Below, piece by piece: positions 24,366 to 36,029 of a stretch of 64,000 nt of DNA. Position numbers and translations under genes: made by a program. The notes below the pieces were generated by a model, which ran no database searches, was not told where the DNA came from, and saw only the letters and a list, made by a program, of their open reading frames with translations. Source of the DNA: Chlorokybus atmophyticus (Eukaryota > Plantae > Mesostigma and Chlorokybus algae). Location: positions 322,505 to 386,504 of the forward strand of contig RHPI01001517.1 of assembly GCA_009103225.1 (NCBI GenBank), given 5' to 3'. How positions within the stretch are numbered: position 1 is the first letter of the stretch; each line of letters begins with the position of its first letter.

Positions 24366-26574
24366 TCATTTTCTCGTCAATTGTGGTGCGACGCACAACT
24401 TTCTCGACATCGAGTTTGCTCGGAGACATTCCCTACTGTCTGGCATTACTGGTGGCACAGCTATGTTCCCTGATGGGCGTTGTGCTATGTCGGAGTTGAG
24501 CAACCGAGTATTGGTCGAGCTTACTCCAATCATAGGTGATTTTCTGCAGTTCACTTGCACGTTGCTGCGTGGCAAGTATGTTGGCATTCTTGGCATGCCT
24601 TGGCTCAAGCTGCGAAACCCTTCTGTTGATTGAAGATTGAAGACGTTGTGTGTCCCTGTGGCACCTTCTTTATCTGCCATCATTTCAGCTGTGGAGTTGA
24701 CACATCTGGTCGGTACGCTTTATCTGCTACATGCCCATGCTCGACGGTTGTTCAGCAATGCACGCGTCTACCGTGCGGGTATGTACGGTCTGCTACACCA
24801 CATGTTGTCAATGACTTTACTGCTGTTGTCTCCGCTGTTGCTGATGCTCCAAAGAGGGATCAGCCAGAGACTATCATGCTGTCATCTCGTTGTGAATCCT
24901 TGACCAATGGAGCTTGTCACCAAGTTGAAGGCAGGCGTTTGAGACTTAGACGCTCTCGTCCCGATCATAATGATGGGTCGTTGCTTTGTGCCCTCTCCCC
25001 TGCGATCTTTATGAGGCAAGTGTGCAGCAATGCAATGGAAGGCTTGCTGTGTGTCATTAACGGAACGCAAGTATGATGGTGTTGCTAAGGAGACAAGTGG
25101 TGAGACTTCACGCACTCCGGAGTTGAAGACGCTGTTGCGTGACTTTGCTGATGTGCTGGTTGAAGGTCTACCCAGCGGTCTACCTCCAAGGAGACATGTT
25201 GATCATAGTGTGGAGCTGCTTCCTGGTGATCACAAACCTCCTTATCGCCATATCTTAAAGATGTCCCATGCTGAGGTAGCAGAAGCAGAGCCAAGTGCAG
25301 GACTTGCTGCACAGAGGTTTGATACGGCCTTCAAAGTCACCTTACGATGCATCGATCCTGTTCGCAAGGAAGAAAGATGGCAAGCTGCGAATGTGCATTG
25401 ACTACCATGGCTTGAACCGCATCACCAAAAAGAACAGGTTCCCTCTGCCACGTATTAATGAATTATTAGAGCAATTGTCTGGATCTGCATTCTTCAGCAA
25501 GATCAACTTGGCTAGTGCTTATCATCAAATACGAGTTGCGGATGAGGACATTGAAAAGACTGCTTTCAACACTCGGTATGGGCATTATGAATGGTTGGTC
25601 CTGTCATTTGGTATGACAAACGCCCCAGCTACGTTTCAGTCAACAATGAATGCGGTGTTTCGAGATTTGCTCGGCAAAGGAGTACTTGTCTACCTCGATG
25701 ACATCCTAGTGTACAGTGCGACACCGCAGAAGCACCATGAGCTATTGAAGCAGGTGTTGCAACATCTGCGAGAACACCAGTTATGCGCACAACTCCCAAA
25801 GTGTGAATTATTTGTTGATGAGGTGGAGTACCTTGGCCATGTTGTATTTGCTGCTGGCATCCGTCCTAATCCACGGAAGATATAAGTTGTACGTGATTGG
25901 CCTGACCTTACTACCAAAGCTGAAGTACAATCTTTCCTTGGACTCGCGGGGTACTACAGGCGCTTTGTTGCCAACTACTCTCGCATTGCTGTTCCCCTTA
26001 CCAGTCTTACTGCTGAAAAGGCCAAGTTTCATTGGGGACTTGAGCAAAAGCAGGCTTTTGAGCAGTTAAAGATGGCATTAACTTCAACTCCTGTACTACT
26101 GCACCCCGACCCTTCCTCACCTTACACCATTACAACTGATGCAAGCGACAAAGCGGTTGGAGGTGTTTTGCAACAAGATGAAGGCAAGGGCCTGCAACCA
26201 GTTGCCTACTTCAGCCGAAAGCTGTCTGGTGCGGAGTTAAACTACGCTGTGCACGAAAAACTCATACACAAGTATTGGCGTTGAAACAGTGGCGCTGTTT
26301 TGTAGAAGGTGTGCACTTCACACTTGAGACCGACCACAACCCCCTGAGATACTTGCAATCGCAACCTCTTTTGTCAAGGCGACAGGCACAATGGCTTGAG
26401 TTTCTTCAGCAGTTTGACTTTGATGTTCGTTACCGCACAGGTGTGAGCAACAAGGTAGCTGATGCGTTGAGTCGCATGCACAGTGTTGAGTCACACCTAC
26501 TAAAGGAGCCACATGTGCGAGATAAGTTGAAAGAGTGTTTGGCAATGGACCACTTAGCTCAGCAACTGCTTAAA
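24366..26574 (+). pseudogene. pol: Gypsy-3 pol: protease, RT, RNase H
   Basis: HFLVNCGATHNF...ILGMPWL (PR), LRMCIDY and VYLDDI (RT), TDASDKAVGGVL and ETDHNPL (RH). Confidence 0.94.
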
Positions 26575-29500
26575 TGTTGAAGGAATGGAGTCAGCCATTA
26601 TCTTCGTGTCACTTTTCTACGATCAACTTATCTGTTAGCAGTTATGGTCAACAGCAGTTACAGCCGTTACAAGTCAACTCTGGTCAACCTTTGACTTTGA
26701 CTAGTGGTTATGGAGGTTACATGAGTTACGGGAGTTATGGAGGTTACGGGAGTTACGGTCAACTGCCGTTACTGAAGTCACGCTTTGACTTTGACCAGTG
26801 TGTACTAGTGTTGACTTTGACTAGTACCACTTATAGTTGACTAGTGTACTATATAAGCCACTGTGTGTTGCTTATTACAATAGATCCACTTTGCTCTGTT
26901 TCTTGGCGCCACACTTTGTGCATTGTGTGCTTAGCTTGCTATTGTGCAATCTCTCATCAGGTCATGGGCCCACACTAGCACTAGCTACACAATAGGATAA
27001 CAAGTTGGTGATTAGCTTGGGGAGGCGCCGTCTTCATTGCAACCTAGCAAGGGAAGCATGGCGACCAGCTATGACAAGGTGAACATTGAGCCACTGGACC
27101 TCGACAACTATGGGACATGGAGCATCCGGATGCAGATGCTACTCATGCACAAGGATCTATGGTCAGTGGTGGATCCCACAGAGCGCCCTCTCAACACGGA
27201 GGACGCACCCACAAAAAGAAGGTCAAATCAGGCACTTGCTTTGATAGGATTGAATGTAGTACAGCATCACTTAGCGCTTGTTGCATGTTGCAAGTCTGCT
27301 AGAGAGTTGTGCCAGAAGTTTGCTGAGGTTTACAAGGCTAAGAACAATGCTAGGAAGTTGCAGTTGAGGAAGCAGTTGAATGCTTTGAGGAAGGATGTTG
27401 CTGAACCTGTCATCAAGTTCATCTCACGAGCCAGGCAGCTGTGGGACGACTTGCTTGCCATTGGACATGAAGTGAAGGAGGTGGAGGTGGTCTGGGTCAT
27501 CCTTGCTGGCTTGCCCAAGGAGTTCGACATGACTGTCACCATTATGGAGTCAACCAGTGAGGAGCTCACCCTCGAGGCCATCACCCCACGCCTACTTCAA
27601 GTCGAGCAACGAGCATCCACTTCACGCCAGGACGAGGCTGAAGCTGTGGCATTCGCGGCACAATCCAATCCACGCCCCAACAACAACAACGGTGGTGGGA
27701 AGAAGGAGACGCGTACAAGCCACTACTGCGACAAGAAGGGACACCTGAAGAAGGACTGTCGAAAGTTGAAGCGCGATCAGCAACATAAACAAGGTTCTGA
27801 TAGACAAGCTGTAGCACTTGCTGATAGCACCACTGCTATCGAAAGCGCTTGGTTGTTTGATTCTGCGTGCACACAGCATATGACCCCACACAGACATGAG
27901 TTCCAGGAATATCATGCTCTGAGCGATGCTGCTGGTGTGAAAGTGAGCTTTGGCAACAAGCTGCACTTGCAAGCTGTGGGAGTGGGCACCGTTATGCTAC
28001 ACACTGTGGTGGCGGGCGCTACACACGAAGTGGCCCTGAAGGAGGTGATCCATGTGCCAGGATTAGCTTCCAGCCTGTTCTCCGTTCGAAGAGCTACAAG
28101 CGCAGGCGCTAAAGTTGACTTCACTGCTCAGAAGTGTCAAGTCAAGGTGAACAACATTGTTGTTGTAGAGGGCACATTGCGAGAGAGCTTGTACTGCATC
28201 ACACTGGATTGGCAGCATGCTTTGTCTGCGACAGTCACTGCATCGGACACAGCTCATTTTTGGCACCGAAGACTTGGACATATTGGATGGGACAACCTGG
28301 CAAGACTGGTGGCTAAGGACATGGTGGAAGGGATCAACATCAAAGCGGAGGACATCAAGGGAATAAAAGGTGATCTATGCGAGACGTGCGTGCTGAGGAA
28401 GATGCCTAGGCAGCCTTTTCCTACCTCTTCCCGCAACAGTACAGCACCCTTGCAGCTCGTGCACATGGATGTGTGCGGTCCCATGCCAGTTGCGTCCACT
28501 GGAGGGAGTTGGTACGTTGCCACTTTCATAGATGACTTCAGCAAGCTGTCTGCTATCATTCCAGTTGCTGCGAAGTCGGATGTTGCTGCTGTAGTCAAGA
28601 GGACACTCACTCAGCTGGCTACACAAGCAAAGACAAAGGTGTTGGCGTTGAGAAGTGATCGAGGCTCTGAGTATCTCAACCACACCTTGAAGAGCTACCT
28701 GGATGAGCACGGCATTAAGCATGAGACTACTGCACCCTACACCCCTGAGCAAAACGGTGCTGCGGAGCGTCTCAACCACACGCTTGTGGAGCGCGTGCGT
28801 GCCATGCTTACAGAGACAAAGCTGGACAAAGCTTTGTGGGCTGAGGCGTTTGTCACGGCCAATTACATCCGCAACAGGTCACCTACGAGCAACAAAGCCA
28901 AGACCCCGTGGGAGTTGTTCTACGGTGCGAAGCCTGATGTGACGCACATGCGTATGTTTGGAGCCAATGTGTATCCACACATCCCCAAGCAGCTAAGCAG
29001 GAAGCTTGAGAACGTGAGGGAGATGGGTGTCTTTTTCGGGTACGAGCCAAACTCCAAGGCGTACAGGATCTTGCTTGAGCACAGCAAGAAGATTGTGATT
29101 CGAAGGGATGTTGTCTTCAACGAGAAGATGGTGGTGACTTCACCAACAACACCTTCTACGCATGTGAACAATGACCTTGCTGAGGAGCCAGAGATCATCA
29201 CCACACCATCTGCCAACGTGGAGGTTCCTAATGGTGCGCCACACCTTGAGGAGGACGAGATTGCACCTGTGGATGAGCAGGAGAGGCGCTACCCTGTGAG
29301 AAACAGAGCGCCACCTCAATTTTACCAAAGGTTCCAGGCCATGAGCGCTGAAACCACTGAGGAGAAGGAGCCAAGCACCTACCATGAGGCCAATACAGCT
29401 CCAGATGCTGAGTTGTGGCGCAAGGCCATGGATGAGGAGATTGCTTCGCTACACGCCAACAAGACTTGGGTACTTGAGCAGGTTCCACAAGGCGTCAAGC

Positions 29501-31307
29501 CTATACCTGTCACGTGGGTGTACAAGATCAAGCGTGACGGCAAGGGCAACATTGAGCGCTACAAGGCGCGACTTGTGGCAAAGAGCTTCCTTCAGGAGGA
29601 GGGCGTTGACTACAAGGAGGTGTTAGCACCGGCTAGTAAGCACACAACCTTCAGGGCGTTACTTGCAAAGGTTGCTGTAGAGGACTTGGAGCTGCACCAC
29701 ATGGACGTGAAGACTGCTTTTCTCTATGGAGAGTTGGATGAGCAGATCTATGTGCAGCAGCCTCAAGGTTACGAGGAGGGAGGCTCAGAAAAGGCTTGCT
29801 TGCTACATAAGGCTCTTTATGGGCTTAAGCAAGCACCAAGAGTCTGGCACATTCGGCTCAGCAAGGAGCTAGAGAAGATGGGCGTTCAGCAGTCATCATC
29901 AGATTCCGGGCTCTTCATCAGTGAAGACGGCCAAGTGTGGTTGCTGGTGTATGTGGACGACATCATCTTGGCATCAAACGACACTGCAGCGATGTCACAC
30001 ATCAAGGTGACACTGCAATCTGCTTTTGAGATTCGAGATCTTGGCGATGCACGCTTGTTTCACGGCATTGTCATCACCAGAGACAAAGTTGCAAGGACAA
30101 TCAAGATCACCCAGAAGCAAATGGTTTTGGATGTACTCAAGAAGTTCAAGTTGCAAGACGCCAAGGGCAAGGCAACACCACTGAGCGTGGGAGTACATCT
30201 ACTCAAGGCATAGGACACTACCACTGTGCTTGACAAGGCTACATATCCATATGGTGAGCTAGTTGGGAGCCTCATCTACTTGTCAATCAGCACGAGGCCT
30301 GATATCGCACAAGCCGTGGGAGTCTTGGCGAGACACATGTCAGCACCAACCATGGAGCACTGGAGGGCGGCAAAAGGAGTTCTTCGCTACCTTGGCAGCA
30401 CCTTGAACGTGGGTATCACTTTTGGGAGGACAACAGACATTGCATTACAGGGTTATTGTGATGCGGACTATGCGGGGGACCTCGACACAAAGAGGTCTAC
30501 CACAGGATACACTTTCCTGATGGGAGGAGGCGTCGTCAGCTGGAACAGCCGACTACAGCCTACCGTTGCTGCATCAACCACTGAGGCCGAGTATATGGCG
30601 GCTTCATCTGCAGTAAAGGAAGCATTGTGGCTTCGCAAGCTTATTACTGACTTGGGACATGCACTCAGCTGTGTCACAATCCTTTGTGACAACCAGGGCG
30701 CACTCAAGATGAGTATGCACCCTATTACATCCACCAGGACAAAGCATATTGACATTATGCACGACATGGTGAGAGAGAGAGTTGCACGTGGTGAAGTGGA
30801 GTTCAAGTATTGCAGTACAGAGGACATGCTAGCTGACTGCATGACCAAGCCACTTCCACCCAACAAGTTCAAAACCTGCTGCATCGGACTTGGAGTACAA
30901 GGTTAAGTTGCTCGCGTGGGAGTGTTGAAGGAATGGAGTCAGCCATTATCTTCGTGTCACTTTTCTACGATCAACTTATCTGTCAGCAGTTATGGTCAAC
31001 GGCAGTTACAGCCGTTACAAGTCAACTCTGGTCAACCTTTGACTTTGACTAGTGGTTATGGAGGTTACATGAGTTACGGGAGTTATGGAGGTTACGGGAG
31101 TTACGGTCAACTGCCGTTACAAGAGTCACGCTTTGACTTTGACCAGTGTGTACTAGTGTTGACGTTGACTAGTACCACTTATAGTTGACTAGTGTACTAT
31201 ATAAGCCACTGTGTGTTGCTTATTACAATGCATCCACTTTGCTCTGTTTCTTGGCGCCACACTTTGTGCATTGTGTGCTTAGCTTGCTACTGTGCAATCT
31301 CTCAACA
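26575..31307 (+). mobile_element. Copia-1: near-intact Ty1/copia, Osser/hemivirus-like
   Basis: 385-bp LTRs 26575-26959 and 30923-31307; TSD TTAAA at 26570-26574 and 31308-31312; half-tRNA PBS GGTCATGGGCCC from 26960; PPT GCGTGGGAG 30914-30922. Confidence 0.97.
27058..30906 (+). CDS. gag-pol: Copia-1 gag-PR-IN-RT-RH polyprotein with a single in-frame TAG at 30211-30213
   Basis: HYCDKKGHLKKDC, WLFDSAC, WHRRLGH, LVHMDVCGP, MDVKTAFLYG, YVDD, YCDADYAGD; one reading frame throughout. Confidence 0.95.
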
Positions 31308-31312
31308 TTAAA

Positions 31313-32670
31313 CACCCTGAAGCTTCCTGATCCTGGGAAACAGGCATGCTTTACCACAATGAACGGCTGTACATTCTTGCAGAGCCGTATATGCGTGTTT
31401 GTTTTATGGAGGAAGCACACTCTTCTCCAAGTAGTGGGCACCAAGGCGTTGAGCGTACTACTGCCACCTTACGCAAAAGCTTTTACTGGCCACAGATGCA
31501 TAAAGACACTGTCGACTTTGTGGCTATCTGTGACGTTTGCTAACGCGTAAAGGCGTCAACCCAAAAGGCTGCTGGTCTACTTCAACCTCTTCCTGTATCA
31601 CGTGCATTGTGGGAGACTGTTACCATGGACTTTATCTTTAGGTTGCCTCGTACCACTGCTGGCTACGATGGCATACTTGTAGTTGTCGACAAGTCGAGTT
31701 AGATGGTGCGGCTAGTACCTTGCACATCTTCTTGTACTGCTCCTGAGATAGCGAAGATGTTTATGAAGCATGTGTTTAAACACCATGAACTTCCTAAGGT
31801 GATTGTGAGTGACAGAGACCCTCGATTTACTCGCAACTTCTGGCGTGCCTTGCACAAGGATCTCGGCACCAAGCTCAGCTTCAGCACTGCTTTTTACCCT
31901 CAGACGGACGGTCCGACAGACAGGGCTAATAGAGTTGAAGATACCCTTTGCTGCTTTGTCAGTACTCGGCAAAAGGATTGGGATGATTGGCTGGACATTG
32001 TGGAGTTCAGCATCAACAATAGGAAAAGTGCTTCTACAGGTGTGACCCCTTTCTTTCTCAACTATGGTCGTCACCCAAGCACTCCGTTGCTTCAATCTCT
32101 GCCTGCTGCTGAACCTATTGATGCTGTTTACCACTACTTGCGACAAGGAGCCGAAGTGTTAAAGCTTGTGCGCGACTCTGCATTGACAGCGCAAAACAGG
32201 CAGAAACAGCACGCAGACATTCATTGCCGAGAACTCTCCTTTGCAGTTGGTAATTGGGTGCTAGTGTCTGCTAAACATCTACCCCTGCTCACATTCATAC
32301 AAAAGCTGTCAAACAGGTGGATTGGTCCCTTTCAAATCACAGAAGCGGTGTCGTTTGTTGCGTACAAAATGGAATTGCCACCAACTATGCGCGCACATCC
32401 AGTCTTTCATGTGAGCCTCTTGAAGCCTCATGTCGGTGAGCCTCCTGCACGCCCTCCTGCTGTTGTTGTTGACAACTCGCATGCGGAGTTCGAAGTTGCA
32501 GACATTTAAGATGATGCTGTACGCAAGGGCGTAAGACTGTATCTGGTCAAGTGGGTTGGCTACCCTGTATACGAGTCGACTTGAGAACCCGCAGAGCATC
32601 TAGCAAATGCCCCTGCCATCCTTAAGGGATATCATGCACGTCGTAGTGCAGCTTTAAGGACGAAGCTTCT
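31313..32670 (+). pseudogene. pol: Gypsy-3 integrase and chromodomain
   Basis: HSSPSSGH...FYWP...CDVC, VIVSDRDPRF, AFYPQTDG, HPVFHVSLLK, EFEVADI...YLVKWVGYPVYEST*EP. Confidence 0.93.
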
Positions 32671-33345
32671 GTGAGCGGGAGGAGTTGTAACAAAGTTGGC
32701 ATTACACTTGCTTTCAAGCTAAATTTCTAGCCTTTTACCCCAAAACAGCCATGTTTACCAGGTCTGACGCGTTATGCTTTTATAAAGTCCCGGTTTGCCG
32801 GGTTAGTTCTAAATTAAGGGCGCGCGTTTGGAAGGTCACGCGAGCGTTATGCGCTGACATTTGACCACCGTCGAAAGCTTCCATGCGCCGACGCAATTTT
32901 TACAGCTAATTTATGTGTTTCTGAGCATGTGTGCGCGGTGGAGTCAACATAGTTGACTTCTACAATGATAGTGTAGCCTCTTATGTATATAAGTAGCTAG
33001 TATACTGCTATTAAAGAGGTTGGACCAAGTAGAAATTAAGTTAATGCTCTTGTTGTGGACGGTGTGTGCGTGCTCGTGTAGTTTGCATCCACGATGCGTG
33101 TGTGCGCGTGGGTGTGCTTTTGCTACAGCTCTTGCACGGACCGGACTGCCCCACAAGCTTTGAGGCGCCTACATTGCCCTCAAGGTGTTCAACCCCACGG
33201 TGCAAATACTGTTGTTGATTGATTGCGAGTAGGTGCACGTGTGATAGCGCCATTAGTGTGCTCAGTTGCATCCTATCTCGTTCATCAGGCTGGTAGCTCT
33301 GGTGAGGTGTTCAATCAGCATGAGCATGAGCATCGCTACACTAGC

Positions 33346-33736
33346 ATTGAACAAAGTGTTCAAGCAATTCAGGTATGTGGAAGTGGCCAACAAGCACAGT
33401 TGGAAGGTGGTGGAACTGCAGGGCAACCCTTTCGCCACGGATGACATGGAGAAGAAGCGCGTTAAAAAGGCAATCAAGGAGGTGGCTGCGGCGCAGCCCA
33501 AGCCCAAGGCAAAGCCTGCCTATAATCCCAACAAGGGGCGGGGCCAATACCCCCCTCGCTACTGCGGGTCCTACGCATTCGGTGCGGGGCACATCAGCTA
33601 CAAGACCGCTCCCATGCAGTCTCAAGCAGTTTCTACTGGGGGCCAACGTGATGCCCGCACTTGTTACAATTGCGGGGAGCCTGGGCACCTGCGTGCTTAT
33701 TGCCGTAAGGCCTCCGCTAACCGTGGGGTTCGGTAG
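33346..33736 (+). pseudogene. gag: DIRS-A gag, 3' part with CCHC knuckle
   Basis: CYNCGEPGHLRAYC; homologous to 52440-52850. Confidence 0.88.
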
Positions 33737-34847
33737 AACAGCTTGGTAGCTGTGGGGACATTGTGATAGCCTAGCAGCTGTACACTTGTGTGCAATCGTT
33801 GCTGGTAACTTCGTTTGAGGTCTCGCACAACCCCTAAATGGGATGAAACTTTAAGTGCATCCTTGTAACGTAGTGACGCTCACGAAGAGCTATATAATGT
33901 GAAATTTGAACACGATTTGCTATGGTTGCACATTAATTGGTGCATAACTTTTGTGTAAGGCCGTTGTTGGAAAACTTTTGTCTTTCTTTGATTTTCTATT
34001 GGACGTCGCTTATCGGTGTGAGCGCTACGTAGCGCTTCGTTATTACACCTTAAACGTCCCCATCAGACATTGTATGGAAAAATTACGACTAGTACAAAAT
34101 GAGAGTGCATGCACTCAGTTATGGCACATATTGGGGGGCCGAAACAGGGGCAGCGTATACTGTGGCACTTGACTGCACTGCAGTTGAGTCGGAGCTGGTG
34201 GAGGACTTGATGAAGCGTCATGAGTTTGCACGAGCACCTAGCAACTTGGTTGTGGAAGGTCCATATATGAGGCACCGCTTACGGGAGGTCTTGCCCGTAT
34301 GGCGTGAGTTCTGTGAGTCTGCTATAGTCCTGTCATGGGTGGAGTATGGGTACAAGCTGCCGTGGGCTCAAAATCCACCGCCCGAATGGGCATTCACCAA
34401 TCATGAGGGTGTGCATGAGTTTTCGGACTTCACTACAGCGGCCATTGCGAACTTGGTGCACAGTGGGGCTGCATAAGAGTGTGTCACACCCCCCCTCGTG
34501 ATGAGCCCACTCGATGTGGTAGATAATGGCCGCAAGTTGCGCCTCATCATGGACTTGCGCTATGTCAACTCCTACTTGGTGAACACCCCGTTCAAGTATG
34601 AAGATGTGCGCAGCATTTTAGACTTGCTACAACCCGAGGATTGGTTGTTCTCCATGGACTTACAGTCTTAATACCATCATGTAAACATTCACCCCACCTT
34701 TTTGGGCTACTTGGGGTTCTCATTTGCGGGCAAAGTGTACAACATTTGCTCATTGCCATTTGGGTTGAGCACGGCTTGCTTTGCATTCACAATGGTTACG
34801 AAGCAGTCGGTGCGACGCTGGCGTGCGCAAGGCATCCGGGTGTTGCC

Positions 34848-35359
34848 TGTAACGGAAATGTACATTACATCACCACATATCGACCATAAAAGCACCAAGT
34901 CTTTTGTGGTCGAGTGGGCTGTGACATTGGTCATCGGAGCTTGAGACCCGGGTTCGATTCCCGCCTTGCACACAAATTCCGCGGTCGTTGTTTCTCGATC
35001 TAATAACATCGTAAATGGTCACTTTATAAGTGCCATCATCGATGGATCGCGACTTGCCTAATGGCAGTCGCGCCGAACGACCAGTTCAGTCGGCGCGGCA
35101 GGGCGCGACCTGTGGGGCCGGCAGCAGTGCAATATGCGCGCGTTGACCGATATGGGCCAAAATTGGCCGGTCCTTGGGTAGTGGGGCCGGTGACCGACCC
35201 TAAATCAGACCCCTGGGAAGATTCCCCAGCTAACGAGCGCCTGCTGCCGAGGACGTCAGCGTTCTTAAGTGGGGGGGGGGGGGCCCGGAAAGGTACATTA
35301 AATCACCACAAATCGACCATAAAAGCACCAAGTCTTTTGTGGTCGAGTGGGCTGTGACA
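34848..35359 (+). mobile_element. TRIM: 512-bp non-autonomous LTR element
   Basis: 79-bp LTRs 34848-34926 and 35281-35359; PBS TGGTCATCGGAGC 34928-34940; PPT TAAGTG(n) 35266-35280; TSD TTGCC/GTGCC; no ORF; host RT reads through once it is removed. Confidence 0.93.
34907..34970 (+). promoter_or_regulatory. tRNA-like Pol III A box (TGGTCGAGTGG 34907-34917) and B box/T-arm (GGTTCGATTCC 34951-34961)
   Basis: Consensus boxes at tRNA spacing; AGACCCGGGTTCGATTCCCG resembles the 3' half of Gly/Glu/Asp-type tRNAs. Not a complete cloverleaf. Confidence 0.7.
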
Positions 35360-36029
35360 GTGCCATACATCGACGACTTCCTCTTTGTTGCTCGTTCACG
35401 GACAGCGCATGCCTCCACCCTGGCTGTGGTGCAAGCAAATGCAGCATGGTGCGGGCTTGTGATCAACACCAAGGCACAGACTGTACTCAACAAAGTTATT
35501 GTTTTCCTCGGCTTTGTGTGGGATACGCACGCTGGCACTAGTCGTGTCCCCGGCAAGAAGCGCGAAGATTTGCTCAGAGACTTGCAACGCGCATTTGGTG
35601 ATAGGCGCCATGTGCCAGTAAAGTTGCTGGCCCGCATCTGTGGCAAGCTGCAATCTATGTTGGGTCTACCATAAAACTCATAACTTGGCATACACGCCGC
35701 CTAATTGAGACCCGCCGCTCATGGAGCTCTCACATAGTGCTACACCAACCTGAGATCACGCAATTATTGTGGCTAAGAGACCACGTTGAGAAGCTTAACA
35801 TGGCACCCATTTGGCCTACCGTGCAGCCGGACATAGTGCAATTTGTGGATGCTAGCGGCACTGGTTGGGGACTAGTGCGCCATGGCACAGCTACCCCCGT
35901 GGCGAAGGGCACAATCACACATAATGAGTGTTTGACTTCATCAACACATCGCGAATTATTGGGACTTGAGCGTGCCCTGGTCATTGTTGAGGAGGAGATA
36001 TGGATGCACGGTGCTGTGCTATGACGATG

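Larger units (their letters stand above)
16434..33340 (+). mobile_element. Gypsy-3: Ty3/gypsy chromovirus of a second lineage, hosting gypsy-2 and copia-1
   Basis: LTRs 16434-17072 and 32686-33340; TSD CTAGC at 16429-16433 and 33341-33345; PBS TGGTATCGGAGC 17076-17087; PPT GAGCGGGAGGAGT 32673-32685. Confidence 0.96.

Noticed and set aside
26574-26840. Gly/Tyr-rich ORFs (also 30916-31188)
   Set aside because: They are translations of 9-bp LTR repeats with no proper start context.
34900-34975. Complete tRNA gene
   Set aside because: No acceptor-stem pairing or 7-nt anticodon loop; the PBS occupies that position.
35180-35230. 5S rRNA similarity in the TRIM (GGTGACC...GACCCCTGGGAAG)
   Set aside because: Only two short matches with wrong spacing, and it is not in the LTR; too weak to call the element Cassandra.
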